A program made the position numbers and the translations under genes. Source: Octopus vulgaris (taxonomy: Eukaryota). Taken from it: a DNA stretch of 64,000 bases. Location: assembly GCA_951406725.2 (NCBI GenBank), contig OX597821.1:55986001-56050000 (forward strand). The letters run 5' to 3'. The first letter of the stretch is position 1. The number at the start of each line of letters is the position of its first letter. Under the pieces are notes generated by a model. It had not been told where the DNA came from and did not search any database. It saw only the letters and a list, made by a program, of their open reading frames with translations. This document shows, piece by piece, positions 12,482-28,064 of the stretch.

Positions 12482-12700
12482 AAGGTGGCGAGCTGGTAAA
12501 AATCGTCAGCACGCTGGACGAAATGCTTAGCGCTATTTCACGCGTCGCTACGTTCTGAGTTCAAATTGCGCCTAGGTCGAGCTTGCCTTTCATCCTTTCG
12601 GAGTCGATGAAATAAGTACAAGCGAAGCCATGGGGTCGATGTAATCGACTAGGTTCCCTCCCCTAAAATTTCAGGCGTTGTGCCTACAGTAGAAAGGATT
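12482..12700 (+). mobile_element. SINE family B monomer between (TTA)n arrays
   Basis: aaggtggcgagctgg...gttctgagttcaaat...gcctttcatcctttcggagtcgat...gtagaaaggattatt. Confidence 0.85.
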
Positions 12701-12701
12701 A

Positions 12702-12751
<50 letters not shown>

Positions 12752-13076
12752 GAGTGAGAGAGCAGTTCATGCCATCAAAGTGACACTGGGGTAAAATATA
12801 CGAAGCCCAATATACCCATCATGACTACCCGACTGATAAGGGTACACCAGGCACATGCATTACAACCATATGTGCGCGACATGGTGATCTCATATCAAGA
12901 TAAACAGCACATGACCTTGCAGGTGGGGCCCAGTTAGAATTTTCTTCAGGTTGAGTAGCCCATCCCGCTCAATAGGTCCCTGAATAAGGATTGTTTAAGG
13001 ATGTTGAAAGAACCACCCATGTTTCCAGAGGTGAATTATTCAAACCCCAAATAATCCCTCTCAACACATGGCTATG
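12752..13076. repeat. Non-coding ~325 bp segment flanked by TTA repeats (probable non-autonomous element or retroelement UTR)
   Basis: Complex sequence with sharp boundaries at (TTA)n on both sides, directly abutting the 3' tail of the R4/Dong element. Single copy in the window. Confidence 0.4.
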
Positions 13077-13077
13077 A

Positions 13078-14051
<974 letters not shown>

Positions 14052-14129
14052 TTTTATTTTAGTTTAATTATTATTATTTGATGGTGATGATAACAACTGC
14101 AACAACAACAATAATAATGATGATGATGA

Positions 14130-14557
14130 TTTCAAATTTCTGCACAAGGCCAGCAATTTCTAGGGAGCGGTAACTCGATTACGTTGACCCTAGTGTTCAA
14201 CTGGTACTTGTTTTATCGTCTCCGAAAGGATGAAAGGCAAAATGGACCTTGACGGTATTTGAAATCAGAACACGAAGAAGGACGAAATGCCGCTAAGCAT
14301 TTTGTCCGGTGTGCCAATGATTCTGCCAGCTCGCCAATGGTAATAATAACGATGGTTTCAAATTTTAGTATAAGGCCAGCAACTTCGGTGGAAAGGGTAA
14401 GTCGATTACAGCGACCACAATGTTCAACTGGTACTTATTTTATCGACCTCGACAGAACGAAAGGCAAGGTCAACCTCGGCGGAATTTGAACTCAGAACGT
14501 AACGAAATGCCGCTAAGCATTTTGTCTGGAGCGGTAGCGAATCTACCAGCTCGCCGT
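14130..14557 (-). mobile_element. Two degenerate SINE family B monomers
   Basis: Cores ccgaaaggatgaaaggcaaa (14222) and cgaaaggcaaggtcaacctcggcggaatttgaactcagaacg (14459). Both end ccagctcgcc. Confidence 0.85.
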
Positions 14558-14869
14558 CTAAATAATGATGATGATGATGATGATGATGATAACTTTTCGT
14601 CGGTTTACAGATTCTAGTAACGGTTTGGAAGTGGTTTATCCAGGTACTGCGTTACTCATCGCAGTCCTTCATAATTGTCGTAAGGTGCAGCATCCAGTAC
14701 TTCTGTGTACATATTTTTGTTTGTATTTTAAAGTCGTCGATACAGATGAAATAGAAACAGAGATGATGACAGTGATGTTTGAATAAGTAGGACAGCATAT
14801 TCTATAATTCTTTATTTCTGTCATTCCGGAGAATCTTGCCTCACAATGCAGAAACATTTCTCATGGCAC

Positions 14870-15225
14870 TAGCAGACAAAATGGAACCGGGGGATGGCGA
14901 GGGATATGCGCTGGAACAGCCGCTCTGACTTGCGGTGCTCGCACTTGCGGACGGCAATCTCTGCCCCGATAACGGTAAGCAGGGATATGATCTGGGGACC
15001 AAGGACGCCTGAAGTTTCAGCTGCCACGGGCTCAACTATAAACCTGTCAGAGAATGACCGATACCATGACAGTTTTTTTTTTCTCAGCCTGACGCGCAGT
15101 GGAGCCTTGGGTGGTAGCTAAAAACACCAAGTCGCCGCTGGAGAAGGTGTCACAGCATGTGGAATCCTTGAGAGGCCCTCCGCCACGGAACGGGAAAATT
15201 GTTAAACCGTCCGGCCTTCTGTTGT
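14870..15225 (-). mobile_element. CRE-clade non-LTR retrotransposon 3' fragment (RLE domain)
   Basis: Minus-strand translation gives NRRPDGLTIFPFRGG..DSTCCDTF..GSTARQAEKKK, then WYRSFSDRFIVEPVAAETSGVLG..IG..RLFQRISLAI. This is the typical CRE C-terminus. Confidence 0.8.
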
Positions 15226-16231
15226 ATGATAGTATTCCTGCTCCTCACCATTCTCACATTCTATTTGTCTTTCGAGGCTTTAGCTCTTAGCTTTTATGGC
15301 TATAACTCCTGTAGAATTCCACCAAGATGTCCTTTCTGTTTGGAACATTGTTCTATCTGCAGCCGTGGACTGGTGTTTGCAGTAGATTGTCATGTACAAA
15401 TACCTGGTTGTCCTCTGTGTCCTAATTCTGTCTCCTCTTCCCGCTGTTCATTAGCGTTGCCTATTAATTCTTGGAAGTTACGCATTCCCTTCTCCACCTT
15501 GCATTTTCATTTCAGTTCCGTATAGCCTCCATCATGTCTATGTTGAGTGCACATTCTTTCTTGAGACAGAGTTAAAATTCACACTTAGTTCTTTATCCCA
15601 TTTTCTGGTAAGTATGAAGCCTTCTTGTCTGGCATGTTCTCCCGAGTGGTGATATGATGGCTGCTCGGCTTCCTAAAATTTGTGTTGCTGGCTGGCATTC
15701 TAAAAGCAAATGGTTAAGTCATTTGCATCACAGGAATTGAAGAGCCCTGGCACCACATCATGGCACCACATCATCTCTTGTATCTTGGCCATAGTTATAT
15801 GTACCGTAGTAACCATCCCGGTTTTGTTTAACATGTGTATTTCAGCTACCAGCGATTAATAACGATGAGAATTTCGTCTGTTATGAAGTAATTTGCTAGG
15901 AAACTTCATGGAAACTGTTTCTTTATTCCTCTATCAGTCTTGGTTGAAGCGCGAAGACAGAGATCACCGTTGCTGTTGTATTGCATATAAGTACTCTAAA
16001 CATAACTAATCTGCCATATATATTTTAACTACATAAATTACACAATCCAGTTTTAGTTTAGCTACCAAAGAAACTTATCGCAACAGAGTAATGGTAGTTG
16101 GGACTAAATTTTCAAGAACTGCGGAGACGGTGTGAAGGTGGGTATATTCAGCAGTTTCATTAGAAGCATTTTTCTACATGTACAAGAAAGATATTTATTC
16201 AGCACAGTAGGAACATTTTATGTATCGTCGG

Positions 16232-16355
16232 ATGTATGTATGTATGTATGTATGTATGTATGTATGTATGTATGTATGTATGTATGTATGTATGTATGTA
16301 TGTATGCATGTATGTATGTATGTATGTATGTATGTATGTATGTATGTATGTATGT
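16232..16355. repeat. (ATGT)n microsatellite
   Basis: Direct reading. Confidence 0.95.
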
Positions 16356-16364
16356 TTTTTACGT

Positions 16365-16580
16365 TTTATCCTTTACTTGTTTTAGCCAGTCAGCTGCGGC
16401 CATGCTGGAGCACCGCCTTGAAGAATTTTTAGTCGAATGAATCGACCTCAGTACTGTTTTTAAGGCTGGTACTTACTCTGTCGATTGTTATTCGTGGATC
16501 GCTAGTTACGGGGACGTAAATACAGCAACACCAGTTATCAAGCGGTGGTGAGGGAAAAATACAAATACAAACACACACAC

Positions 16581-16624
<44 letters not shown>

Positions 16625-16776
16625 GGGCTTCTTTCAGTTTCCACCTGCCAAATCCATTTACAAGGCTTTTTGGTCGGGTCGAGGCTATAGTAGAAGACAC
16701 CTACCCAAGGTATCACGCAGTAAGACTGGATCCAGAACAATGTGGTTGAGAAAGAAGTCTCTTACCACACAGCTAC
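16365..16776 (-). mobile_element. SINE family A
   Basis: gcggccatgctggagcaccgcc...gttacggggacgtaaa...internal (TA)n...gggcttctttcagtttcc...cttaccacacagc. Confidence 0.9.
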
Positions 16777-17041
16777 GCAAGTATCTATATGTGTGTGTGT
16801 GTGTGTGTGCATGCGTGCATATCTGTGTGTGTATGTATATGTGTGTGTATGTGTATTTTCATCTATGTAATTCATACAATGCGTAGGAGCGATACCCGTT
16901 AGCAGAAATTCCGACTCGAGCTGAGTAGAAGAAACCTCTCCTAATCTTTGCTATAGCATCCTTGTGGATGGCTTTATGACACGTTAGCTTGGAGAGAACA
17001 TGGAATCGTATAAAGTATAAAATGAAGTGAAACCAAGTAAT

Positions 17042-17249
17042 GATACATTGAATGCATTTAATACGAACGATCCGGATAATTGCCCAATAGATAAAAGAGA
17101 ATTTAACCTTTTACGCAAAATCTCCCTTAGTTAAAACAACAAAATATTTTGATGTCTTAACCAGGAAGATTTTGCGTAAGAGATTAAATTCCCTTTTTAT
17201 CTATTGCACGATTATCTGAATTATGCGTTTTAAATGCATTCAAGATATC
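17042..17249. mobile_element. ~208 bp loop-less palindrome (fold-back MITE-like)
   Basis: The left arm gatacattgaatgcatttaa...ttacgcaaaatct...caaaat is the reverse complement of the right arm attttg...agattttgcgtaa...ttaaatgcattcaagatatc. Confidence 0.8.
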
Positions 17250-17307
17250 TTAACTTGGTCTAACCTTATTTTTATGCATATTACATATATATATAAATAT
17301 GCATGTA

Positions 17308-17367
<60 letters not shown>

Positions 17368-17402
17368 TGGATAGATAGATAGATATATGTATATATACAT
17401 AC

Positions 17403-17464
<62 letters not shown>

Positions 17465-18159
17465 GCTTTATGCAGGCAGGCATGGCGTGGATTCGTTTCT
17501 CGATCGCTAAATGTCACTCCTCTCATGGTGAAACAATAGTCTTTCGGTGAGTGACAGCAGTTACATTTACCAGATGCCTTCGCTAAGTAGAATTATGTCT
17601 TTGCCACTTGACCCTTCTAACCTCTTCTAGGCCACCAAAAGTTAAAATTGAGATAACAGGTACCACCAACGAAATCTATTGTTCTCAACAATATGTCTAT
17701 TTTTCTAACTAGTTTTGGATAGTTATAAATACTAGAATTTGGTAAGGCAAAATCAGTTAGTCAACAGAGACCAACTAGAGTCGTGGCCACAAGCAGGCAG
17801 TCACTAAAGACAAACGGCCAGAGGGAGAAAGAAGGTTACAACTAGCACAAATGTCGCGAGCAGCTTTTGCGGCCTTAAAACCTTGATTAAAAGCAAAAAG
17901 AAGGAGGTTTCGAAAATGCTCGTTTTTCTTAACTTGCCATTCTATTTTAACGATCTGAAAATAAACAAAAATTAGCTAAAATTAACTAGAAAAAAAAAAA
18001 AAGATTCTAAAGTGATTCAAAATAGAATTCTCGAAAAGAAAAACAAAATAGATTCCAAAATTTAAAAACGCAATAAATTCCAAAATTTAAAAAACAGCGG
18101 GAACTTAGTTGCCAACCCAATATATAAAAAAAGTATCCAATATTATTTTTCGTGTTTTT

Positions 18160-18825
18160 AGTCAAATTCTCGGGTACATCTGTCCCAACTTTCATGTGTC
18201 CCAGACTTGGGGAAGTATTTAAGGCTGAATGTCTGGTACCAACCGTAAAATATAGGAGTGGTTCTAACATGGTGTTGGCCTGCATGTCTGCCACATGACC
18301 CGGAGAAATGTTTTTATGCCAGGGAATAATAAATTATGCTTCTATGTTATCAGATGTTTTAGAGCCATCAATTGTTAAATTGCATCCAGGAGTATAAAAA
18401 AAAACAGCGTTATCTTTCAAGAGGACAACGCTCCATATCATACAGCAAATAATACTCATAAATTGTTTGAGACACAGGGTATTGTTCCCATGGACTGTCC
18501 AGCTCAAAGTCCCGATCTAAATCCGATGGGGAATTCTTGGTAAAGCTATCAGGAACACACCAATTGAAAATAAGGAGCATTTGTACCAAACGTTAAAAGA
18601 AGAATGGAGTAAAATTGCATCTAGCACCTGTAAGAAACTAGTTGATTCAATGCCTAATCGTATAAAAGCGGTAATTAATGCTAAAGGAGGGTCAGCCAGA
18701 TATCAAAACTAATGTATATTGTGAAATATACCATAATCTTCTATGAGCACGAGTTTCCTTAACATGAAGGTAGCAGAACCCCAAAAGCATTGGGGTGGCC
18801 TAATACTTTTGGCTAAGGCTGTGTA
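18160..18825 (+). mobile_element. Tc1-family transposase pseudogene (DD34E region) with right TIR
   Basis: CLVPTVK..GSNMV.AC, IFQEDNAPYHTA, PAQSPDLNPMGNSW and LVDSMPNRIKAVINAKGG. Right end ggtggcctaatacttttggctaaggctgtgTA; a possible left-TIR remnant taggccacc lies near 17628. Confidence 0.9.
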
Positions 18826-19740
<915 letters not shown>

Positions 19741-19744
19741 ATGT

Positions 19745-20060
19745 ATGGCTTGGTGGTTAGGGTGTTGCACTCACAATCTTACGATCGCGATTTCAGTTCC
19801 TGGACCGTGGGTGCATTGTGGTTTTGAGCAAATCACTTATTCTCACTTCGCTTTTGATCACTTTCACTTTCACTTCAACACCCGACGCGTAGTACACAGT
19901 GTACCTGTTCAGACAACGTCGATTTGGTGGAGAGAGAGAGAGAGAGAGAGAGAGTGAGTTAATGCACGACACGAATATTTGATCCTTATAAGCAAATCAT
20001 TTGTGTAGGTCGTTCGGCGGCAAAAGCTGGACATTTATACATCGTCTTCGACGGAAAAGT
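19745..20060 (+). mobile_element. Degenerate tRNA-headed SINE (family D)
   Basis: A-box-like tggcttggtggttagg, B-box-like gatttcagttcc, then ttgagcaaatcacttatt. Single copy. Confidence 0.5.
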
Positions 20061-20167
20061 CCATATGTATGCATGCATGCATGTATGTATGTATGTATGT
20101 ATGTATGTATGTATGTATGTATGTATGTATGTATGTATGTATGTGTATATATATATGTGTGTGTTTG

Positions 20168-20404
20168 TGAAGTATATTTGCCATCTAAATATGGCTAACC
20201 ACTAAGGGTGGATGTTACTGTAGCTTGTAACCCCAGGAGAACATCTTCTCCAGCTGGCTATAGACACACTTTCTGTGCCCTATCGGTATTTGCAAAGGGA
20301 GGTCATCCTTCCCTCGTCAACCTAAGTGATACGCACGGACTGCAGTTTCTGGGTATTGACCCGTCATCAGCGCACGATAATCACCGGTTTTCGATGAAAG
20401 GGTC
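20168..20404 (-). mobile_element. Non-coding HHR-bearing repeat, family 1, copy 2
   Basis: Reverse complement of 436-677. Confidence 0.7.
20332..20376 (-). ncRNA. Minimal type-I hammerhead ribozyme motif, family 1 (canonical core)
   Basis: Minus strand reads cgtgcg-CTGATGA-cgggt(caat)accca-GAAA-c(tgca)g-TC-cgtgcg. CUGAUGA, GAAA and GUC are intact; stem III is the palindrome ACTGCAGT; there is a C-A mismatch at the base of stem II. Confidence 0.8.
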
Positions 20405-20531
20405 CCAATGCAAATACATATATCCTTTTTCCAGTGACTTTTCATCACTGATCTTGAAAAAGTGTAAACAAGCAATAATAATTCTCTGAACGAGGTATAG
20501 ACAGTAACTGCACCACAATGTGAAGTATATT

Positions 20532-20570
<39 letters not shown>

Positions 20571-20809
20571 TACAAAATGGGACAAGAACGCAAAACATTC
20601 AAATAGACGATACAAAAAACACGGACGGGTCATTCGAAGCCTCTAATCTTCAGTCAAGAACCGGATCATCCTCGCAATTTCGGCTGATATATATATATAT
20701 ATATATATATATAATAAATCTATTAAAGTAGCTAGACGCAATTTAAAACCAAAAGGCACAAATACAGTCGTAACTAAAAGTGATTAAGAATGCAAGACAA
20801 TACCAGCAC

Positions 20810-20945
20810 TGATTCCCAGACCGGGCATTGTGAGTGTTTATTGAGCAAAAAACAGCTAAGCTCCACGAGGCTCCGCCGGGGTGGTGGTGGTGAACCCCGC
20901 TGTACACTTTCACTACAACTTTCCCTAACTCTTTCTTCCTACTTC
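20810..20945 (+). mobile_element. Partial SINE family C
   Basis: ttcccagaccgggcattgtgagtgtttattgagc...aagctccac...gctgtac matches 23980-24105. Confidence 0.75.
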
Positions 20946-21561
20946 TGCCACAAAGCGGAGGAACCATGTGTAACCCACTAGGGTGTGGTAAACTTTCAGA
21001 CCCTAGTCTAGATTGCGAATCCTCTGTACCCCCAGGATGGTACAGCTCTCCACCCGTTAAAAGCCACCGTTTACGGAATGAGGATAACAACGTAGCTTTT
21101 GCGCCCGTGCAACTGCCAGTCTATCGCATGTGGTGGGTGGGTCTTCAAGTTGCCAGACGCATTCTTAGTAGCTTAGATTATTCTTTGTGAGTCTTGATTG
21201 GAAGAAGAAGAAGAAGAAGAAGAAGAAGAAGAAGAAGAAGAAGAAGAAGAAGAAGAAGAAGAAGAAGAAGGGCAATCAAGACCCATACCACGAAAAGAAA
21301 GATTCTTCATTAAAGACACGTTGCTAGTAGGCGGGCGGGGCATTTAAATGAATGAAAAAAATCACTTAATCTTATACGCATGAGTTTCACTATTAACGAT
21401 TAATTATATAAATTAATTTATCAATCAATTGATTTATTGGCCATCCGTAGATCATCAGTAAGATCCATGAACAATGCATAATTATGAAACTACAATACGT
21501 ACCGAAAAAATACATGCATACTGAATTCGATCTTTATACATGTAAGAAATCTTTATAGCAT

Positions 21562-21563
<2 letters not shown>

Positions 21564-21593
<30 letters not shown>

Positions 21594-22219
21594 AAGAAGA
21601 AGAAGAAGAAGAAGAAGAAGAAGAAGAAGAAGAAGAAGAAGAAGAAGAAGAAGAAGAAGAAGAAGAAGACGAAGAAGAAGAAGACGAAGAAGAAGAAGAC
21701 GAAGAAGAAGACGAAGAAGAAGAAGACGAAGAAGAAGAAGAAGAAGAAGAAGAAGAGAAGAAGAAGAAGAAGAAGAAGAAGAAGAAGAAGAAGCAGAAGA
21801 AGAAGAAGACGAAGAAGAAGAAGAAGAAGAAGACGAAGAAGACGAAGAAGAAGAAGAAGAAGAAGAAGAAGAAGACGAAGAAGAAGAAGACGAAGAAGAA
21901 GAAGAAGAAGAAGAAGAAGACGAAGAAGACGAAGAAGAAGAAGAAGACGAAGAAGAAGAAGAAGAAGAAGAAGAAGAAGAAGAAGAAGAAGAAGAAGAAG
22001 AAGAAGAAGACGAAGAAGAAGAAGACGAAGAAGAAGAAGAAGACGAAGAAGAAGAAGAAGACGAAGAAGAAGAAGAAGAAGAAGAAGAAGACGAAGAAGA
22101 AGAAGAAGAAGACGAAGAAGAAGAAGAAGACGAAGAAGAAGAAGAAGAAGAAGAAGAAGACGAAGAAGAAGAAGAAGAAGAAGAAGAAGAAGAAGAAGAA
22201 GAAGAAGAAGAAGAAGAAG

Positions 22220-22247
<28 letters not shown>
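21564..22247. repeat. ~680 bp (GAA)n tract with GAC interruptions; smaller (GAA)n at 21200-21270
   Basis: Direct reading. Confidence 0.97.
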
Positions 22248-22251
<4 letters not shown>

Positions 22252-22560
22252 CCAGCATTGGTAGAACTAAGAATCAAAATAACTTTTAGCCACGAACAGA
22301 ACATTTTCTGTTCAACAGACCACTTTCTATTCACTGACAAGGTAGATGACCCACCCCACCCCACCGTACCCTCACTCACAGCAAACGAGAGAATGGCGCA
22401 GCGTCCCGATGAGGATTTATCCTATCCGAAATCAGCAAGTTCAGCTGACGCCCTCGCTTCCTGTGGGGAGGCAATCTCCCTTGTCAGTGAATAGAAAGTG
22501 GTCTGTTCGTGGTTAAGTGTTATTTTGACTCTTATTTCTAGTTCTAGCAATGTTGGTACT
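22248..22560. mobile_element. MITE-like element with ~85-95 bp terminal inverted repeats
   Basis: agtaccagcattggtagaacta...ccacgaacag..accactttctattcactgacaagg versus ccttgtcagtgaatagaaagtggtctgttcgtgg...tagttctagcaatgttggtact. Confidence 0.85.
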
Positions 22561-22616
22561 GACTTGCAGTCTTACTGACTTTTAATGACTATTGTATTTG
22601 GGCCTCTCTCTCTCTC

Positions 22617-22692
<76 letters not shown>

Positions 22693-22924
22693 CGTGTGTG
22701 TGTGTGTGTACACACCCAAGCGCAGAAATGCCAAGACAAGGTGCTAAAATTTGTACTCAAAGTAGAGTAGTACACTGCTTTATTAAAGCCGAAAATAATC
22801 TTCACAAACTGTCACATGATGTTTCCAACGTCCCTCGTAACAGACTGAATAATTAAGAGATCTTTCTCAACATGAAATCAATGGTAGTCTGGTTATCCCA
22901 ACAATAAAGTTTATATATATGTAT

Positions 22925-22981
<57 letters not shown>

Positions 22982-22982
22982 C

Positions 22983-23066
<84 letters not shown>

Positions 23067-23291
23067 TTATGCTTTCCTATGACTTAATTTCGAAACGTAC
23101 GTCCGTAGGTGACTTAATATAGAATGATTGTCGTCATTTTTTCTCTTTTGCCTGCGTTGTTTGCCTTTTAAGTGCTGCGGTTTTACTGGGATCTCCATTT
23201 TAAGTAGAAAGAATAGCCATAACTCTTTGACTGCTATTTCTAAATTCGGTGTGTGGTGAGGCAAATCGTTGCTAAACCCTTAATTACTTAG

Positions 23292-23344
<53 letters not shown>

Positions 23345-23361
23345 ATATGTAAATGTACATA

Positions 23362-23424
<63 letters not shown>

Positions 23425-23609
23425 GTATATGTGTGTGTGTGTTTCTGTATGAATTAGAGGTTAAGAAACCCTCTAAGGGATATTGAATATCCAATATACT
23501 ACTGGATGGCTACCTAATTATTTATAACCAAGTGGTTACTATTGCATGGCAATATCCCAATTGGGTTTTAGGTATGGGTGGGAGTAAATTAGAAATTTAC
23601 CCACCATTT

Positions 23610-25015
<1,406 letters not shown>

Positions 25016-25018
<3 letters not shown>

Positions 25019-25220
25019 ATCCAAACAAGAAAGCACAAAAAAACACAACAACGCGAAGACGTGGAACAAATATAGTATTATTGGACGCTCAGGAAAGAAG
25101 GAAAGAAGGAGGGTTTTACATTTCGAGCGGAGCTCTTCGTCGGAAACATAGGAGAAGGAAAGATCCAGAGAAGGGAAGACAGAGAAAACAAAATCACCAA
25201 CGGTACACACGAGGTCATGC
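25016..25220 (-). mobile_element. HHR-bearing pseudo-LTR, family 2, inverted upstream of a Penelope-like element
   Basis: Minus strand reads gttt-CCGACGA-a-gagc(tcc)gctc-GAAAT-GTA-aaac (about 25112-25146). Homologous to 27890-28065, 29580-29760 and 59030-59218; ends ttaac(TA)n. Confidence 0.75.
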
Positions 25221-25300
25221 ATATATATATATACATATCTATATATATATATAAAACATCTATATATATACATATCTATCTATATATAAATACATATATA

Positions 25301-26355
25301 GGTGCCACCTCCCTCTCCCGTGAACAACTCTGCCACTTCATCTCTTTCCTTCCTAACTTCCACCCTTCTCTCCAATTCACTTCTACTATCTCTAACACCT
25401 CTGTTAACTTACTTGATAGCTCTCTTATAATCTTATCATTGACTACCCCTCCCATTCTCTCACCACCTCCACCTTCTTCAAGCCCACAGATTCCCACCTC
25501 AAACTCAACTTCTCCTCCTCCCATCCCTTCCACACCAAACGGGACATCTCCTACTCCCAGTTCCTCCGCCTCCGAAGCTTGTGCAGCCGGGACCAGGATC
25601 TTGAGACCCAGTCCCAGTACCTTTCCCGCCTTTTCAGGCATCGAGGATACCCCTCAACCCTTGTCCAAAACGTCCTTTCCCGCGCTCGTCGAATCGATCG
25701 CGCCACCGCCCTTTCTCCTTCCCCTAACCAACCCCCTAACCGCACCCACTTTCCTCTCTTTTTCCAGCCCTCCACTCTACCCCTTCGTCGGAGGATACTA
25801 CGAGCCTTCCGTCGTCTCTAGCTCGATCCCACTACTCGTCCCATTTTCCACAGCCCACCCTTGTCCTCCTTTAAACGCGCCAGGAACCTACGCGATCTTC
25901 TGGTCCGTAGCACCTCCTCCTCTTCCCCACAACCCCACCCGGTTCCTTCCCATGCTCCAGATCCCACTGCAACACTTGCCCCTTCATCACCAACACTACT
26001 TCTCTCACTGGTTCTAATCAGCAAACTCTTCGCATAACAAATTCCTTCTCTTTCACTTCTTCTAGCCTCATATACTGTATTAGATGCAACCTCTGTGGTA
26101 AACTATATGTTGGTCAGACGGGCCATCGACTGGCCGACCGGTTCACCGAGCATCTGAGGGGTGTTCATCTACGTTCGAACACCCCCGTCGCCCGTCACTT
26201 CCGCTTGGCCAACCAGTACCCCTCTAACATCTCCGTCTTTGGCCTCGCTCTGCACCACGGATCCACACACTCACGACTCTGCCTGGAACAGCGGTATATC
26301 TTTAATCTACGAACAACCATCCCTACGGGCTAAACACAACCCTTCTTCCTATTGA
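25301..26355 (+). mobile_element. Penelope-like element, 5'-truncated (RT C-terminus/thumb, Cys linker, GIY-YIG endonuclease)
   Basis: FHPSLQFT..S..SVNLLD, KPTDSH..LNFSSSHP.HTKRDISYSQFLRLRSLCS, FRHRGYP, FKRARNLRDLLVRS, PCSRSHCNTCPF and LIYCIRCNLCGKLYVGQTGHRLADRFTEHLR..PVARHF..RLCLEQRYIFNL. Contains frameshifts. Confidence 0.92.
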
Positions 26356-26489
26356 CTGCCCCTACACCTCCTGCAACAAAGCAACCTTATTTCATTTTCC
26401 ATTTTTGCTTGTAATTGCGCCATTTATATTGCATTAAATTCCTTATCTCCTTTCAACCTTAATTTTTATATTTTATTGCTTTTATTTCT

Positions 26490-27720
26490 ATATACACGCA
26501 CACACATGAACGCACATATATCTTCCACAAACGCCACACACATACATGCACATATACACACGCATGCATACACCCACACCCACATACACCCACGCGCACA
26601 AACGTACACACACACATACACACGCACGGGAATGCACAGTTGCCTATCCCAAACAACTCCACGCACACACAGGCACACATACCTTTATACACACACACAC
26701 ACACACACACATAAACGTACACACAACCACATAGACACACATACTCAAGCACACGCGCATGCACGCAACAAAATACACACATAACCCGACACACATCTCC
26801 ACGTTCACACACACTTATACACATGCACGCACATACACACATGTACACACACACATACAAACACACGCACATACACACACATATACACACGTACATACAC
26901 ACACACACTAGCACATGTTCGCACATATACCTCCAACACACACAATACACATACAGACACGCACACAACTACACACACATGGGCACAAACACGCATACAC
27001 GCACGTAAGCACACGCACACAAACATACACACGACGCACATACACACAGGTACGCACATATACGCCTACACAAACCCCACATCCAACCCCCACACAACCC
27101 ACGCACACACAAATTTACATACACACCCAGTATATGCATACACGCACATACGCATACACATATAGACACATACACACACACGCACACACATGCGCACAAA
27201 TACGCACGTACACACGCACACGAATGCACACATACCTAACACTCACAACCCCACGCATACACCTATATACATCCACATACGCACACACACTTGTACACGC
27301 ACACACACACGCACATGCACACACGCATTAAAAATGCACCTAAACCCCTTACACAACCCCTCGTTCACACACGCATGCACATTCACACACACAAAATACA
27401 CACGCACATACACACACATGTACACACGCACATACACTCACACGCACACACGTGCATATACACACGCACACACATACACACACACGCAAACGAACCCACA
27501 CATACCTCCGATACATACACAGCACAAACTCACACATACACGCACACAATTATACACACATGTACACATACACACGCACATACAAGCACACACGCACACA
27601 TACACAGAGAAAAGTACTATCACTCCACACACACACACATCCCCACGCATACACACACAAACACACACACACTGTAAACAGAACACACACACAACATATA
27701 CATACACGCACACACGCATA
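26490..27720. repeat. ~1.2 kb cryptic (CA)-rich tract
   Basis: Degenerate CA/CATA/CGCA repeats lying between the PLE ORF and the downstream pseudo-LTR. Confidence 0.9.
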
Positions 27721-27889
27721 CTTCAAACTACCAGTACCTTCCACTGGCCATTCTCCTACGCACATGTATAGGTAGACGCACAACAGGCAGCCACTCTTAC
27801 CAAAATTCTTACTATAAATTCTTCCTATGACCTTAAATGATACTAAGCCCAACCACACACATAGATAAACAGCCATAACCACACACACA

Positions 27890-28064
27890 CACGTCTTCTT
27901 CTTTGGACTTTCCTTTTCTCCTTTCTGCCGAAGAGCCATGCTCGAAATGTTAAAAACTCTTCCCTTTCACCGAGTGTCAAACTAATATAATTCTTTTTCA
28001 CATCCTCACGTTCGTATTTTTTCTTCTCGTGTCGTATTTTGAATTGTTTGGTCATTGATTTAAC

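Noticed and set aside
15230-15720. Possible RTE C-terminal remnants (e.g. HVL..ARLPK)
   Set aside because: Too degenerate to support a call.
21482-22379. 258 and 281 aa poly-L/poly-S ORFs
   Set aside because: Antisense translations of the (GAA)n tract.
22730-22860. Possible deleted HHR remnant on the minus strand (..gacgttgGAAACatc..)
   Set aside because: No CUGANGA box present; single copy.
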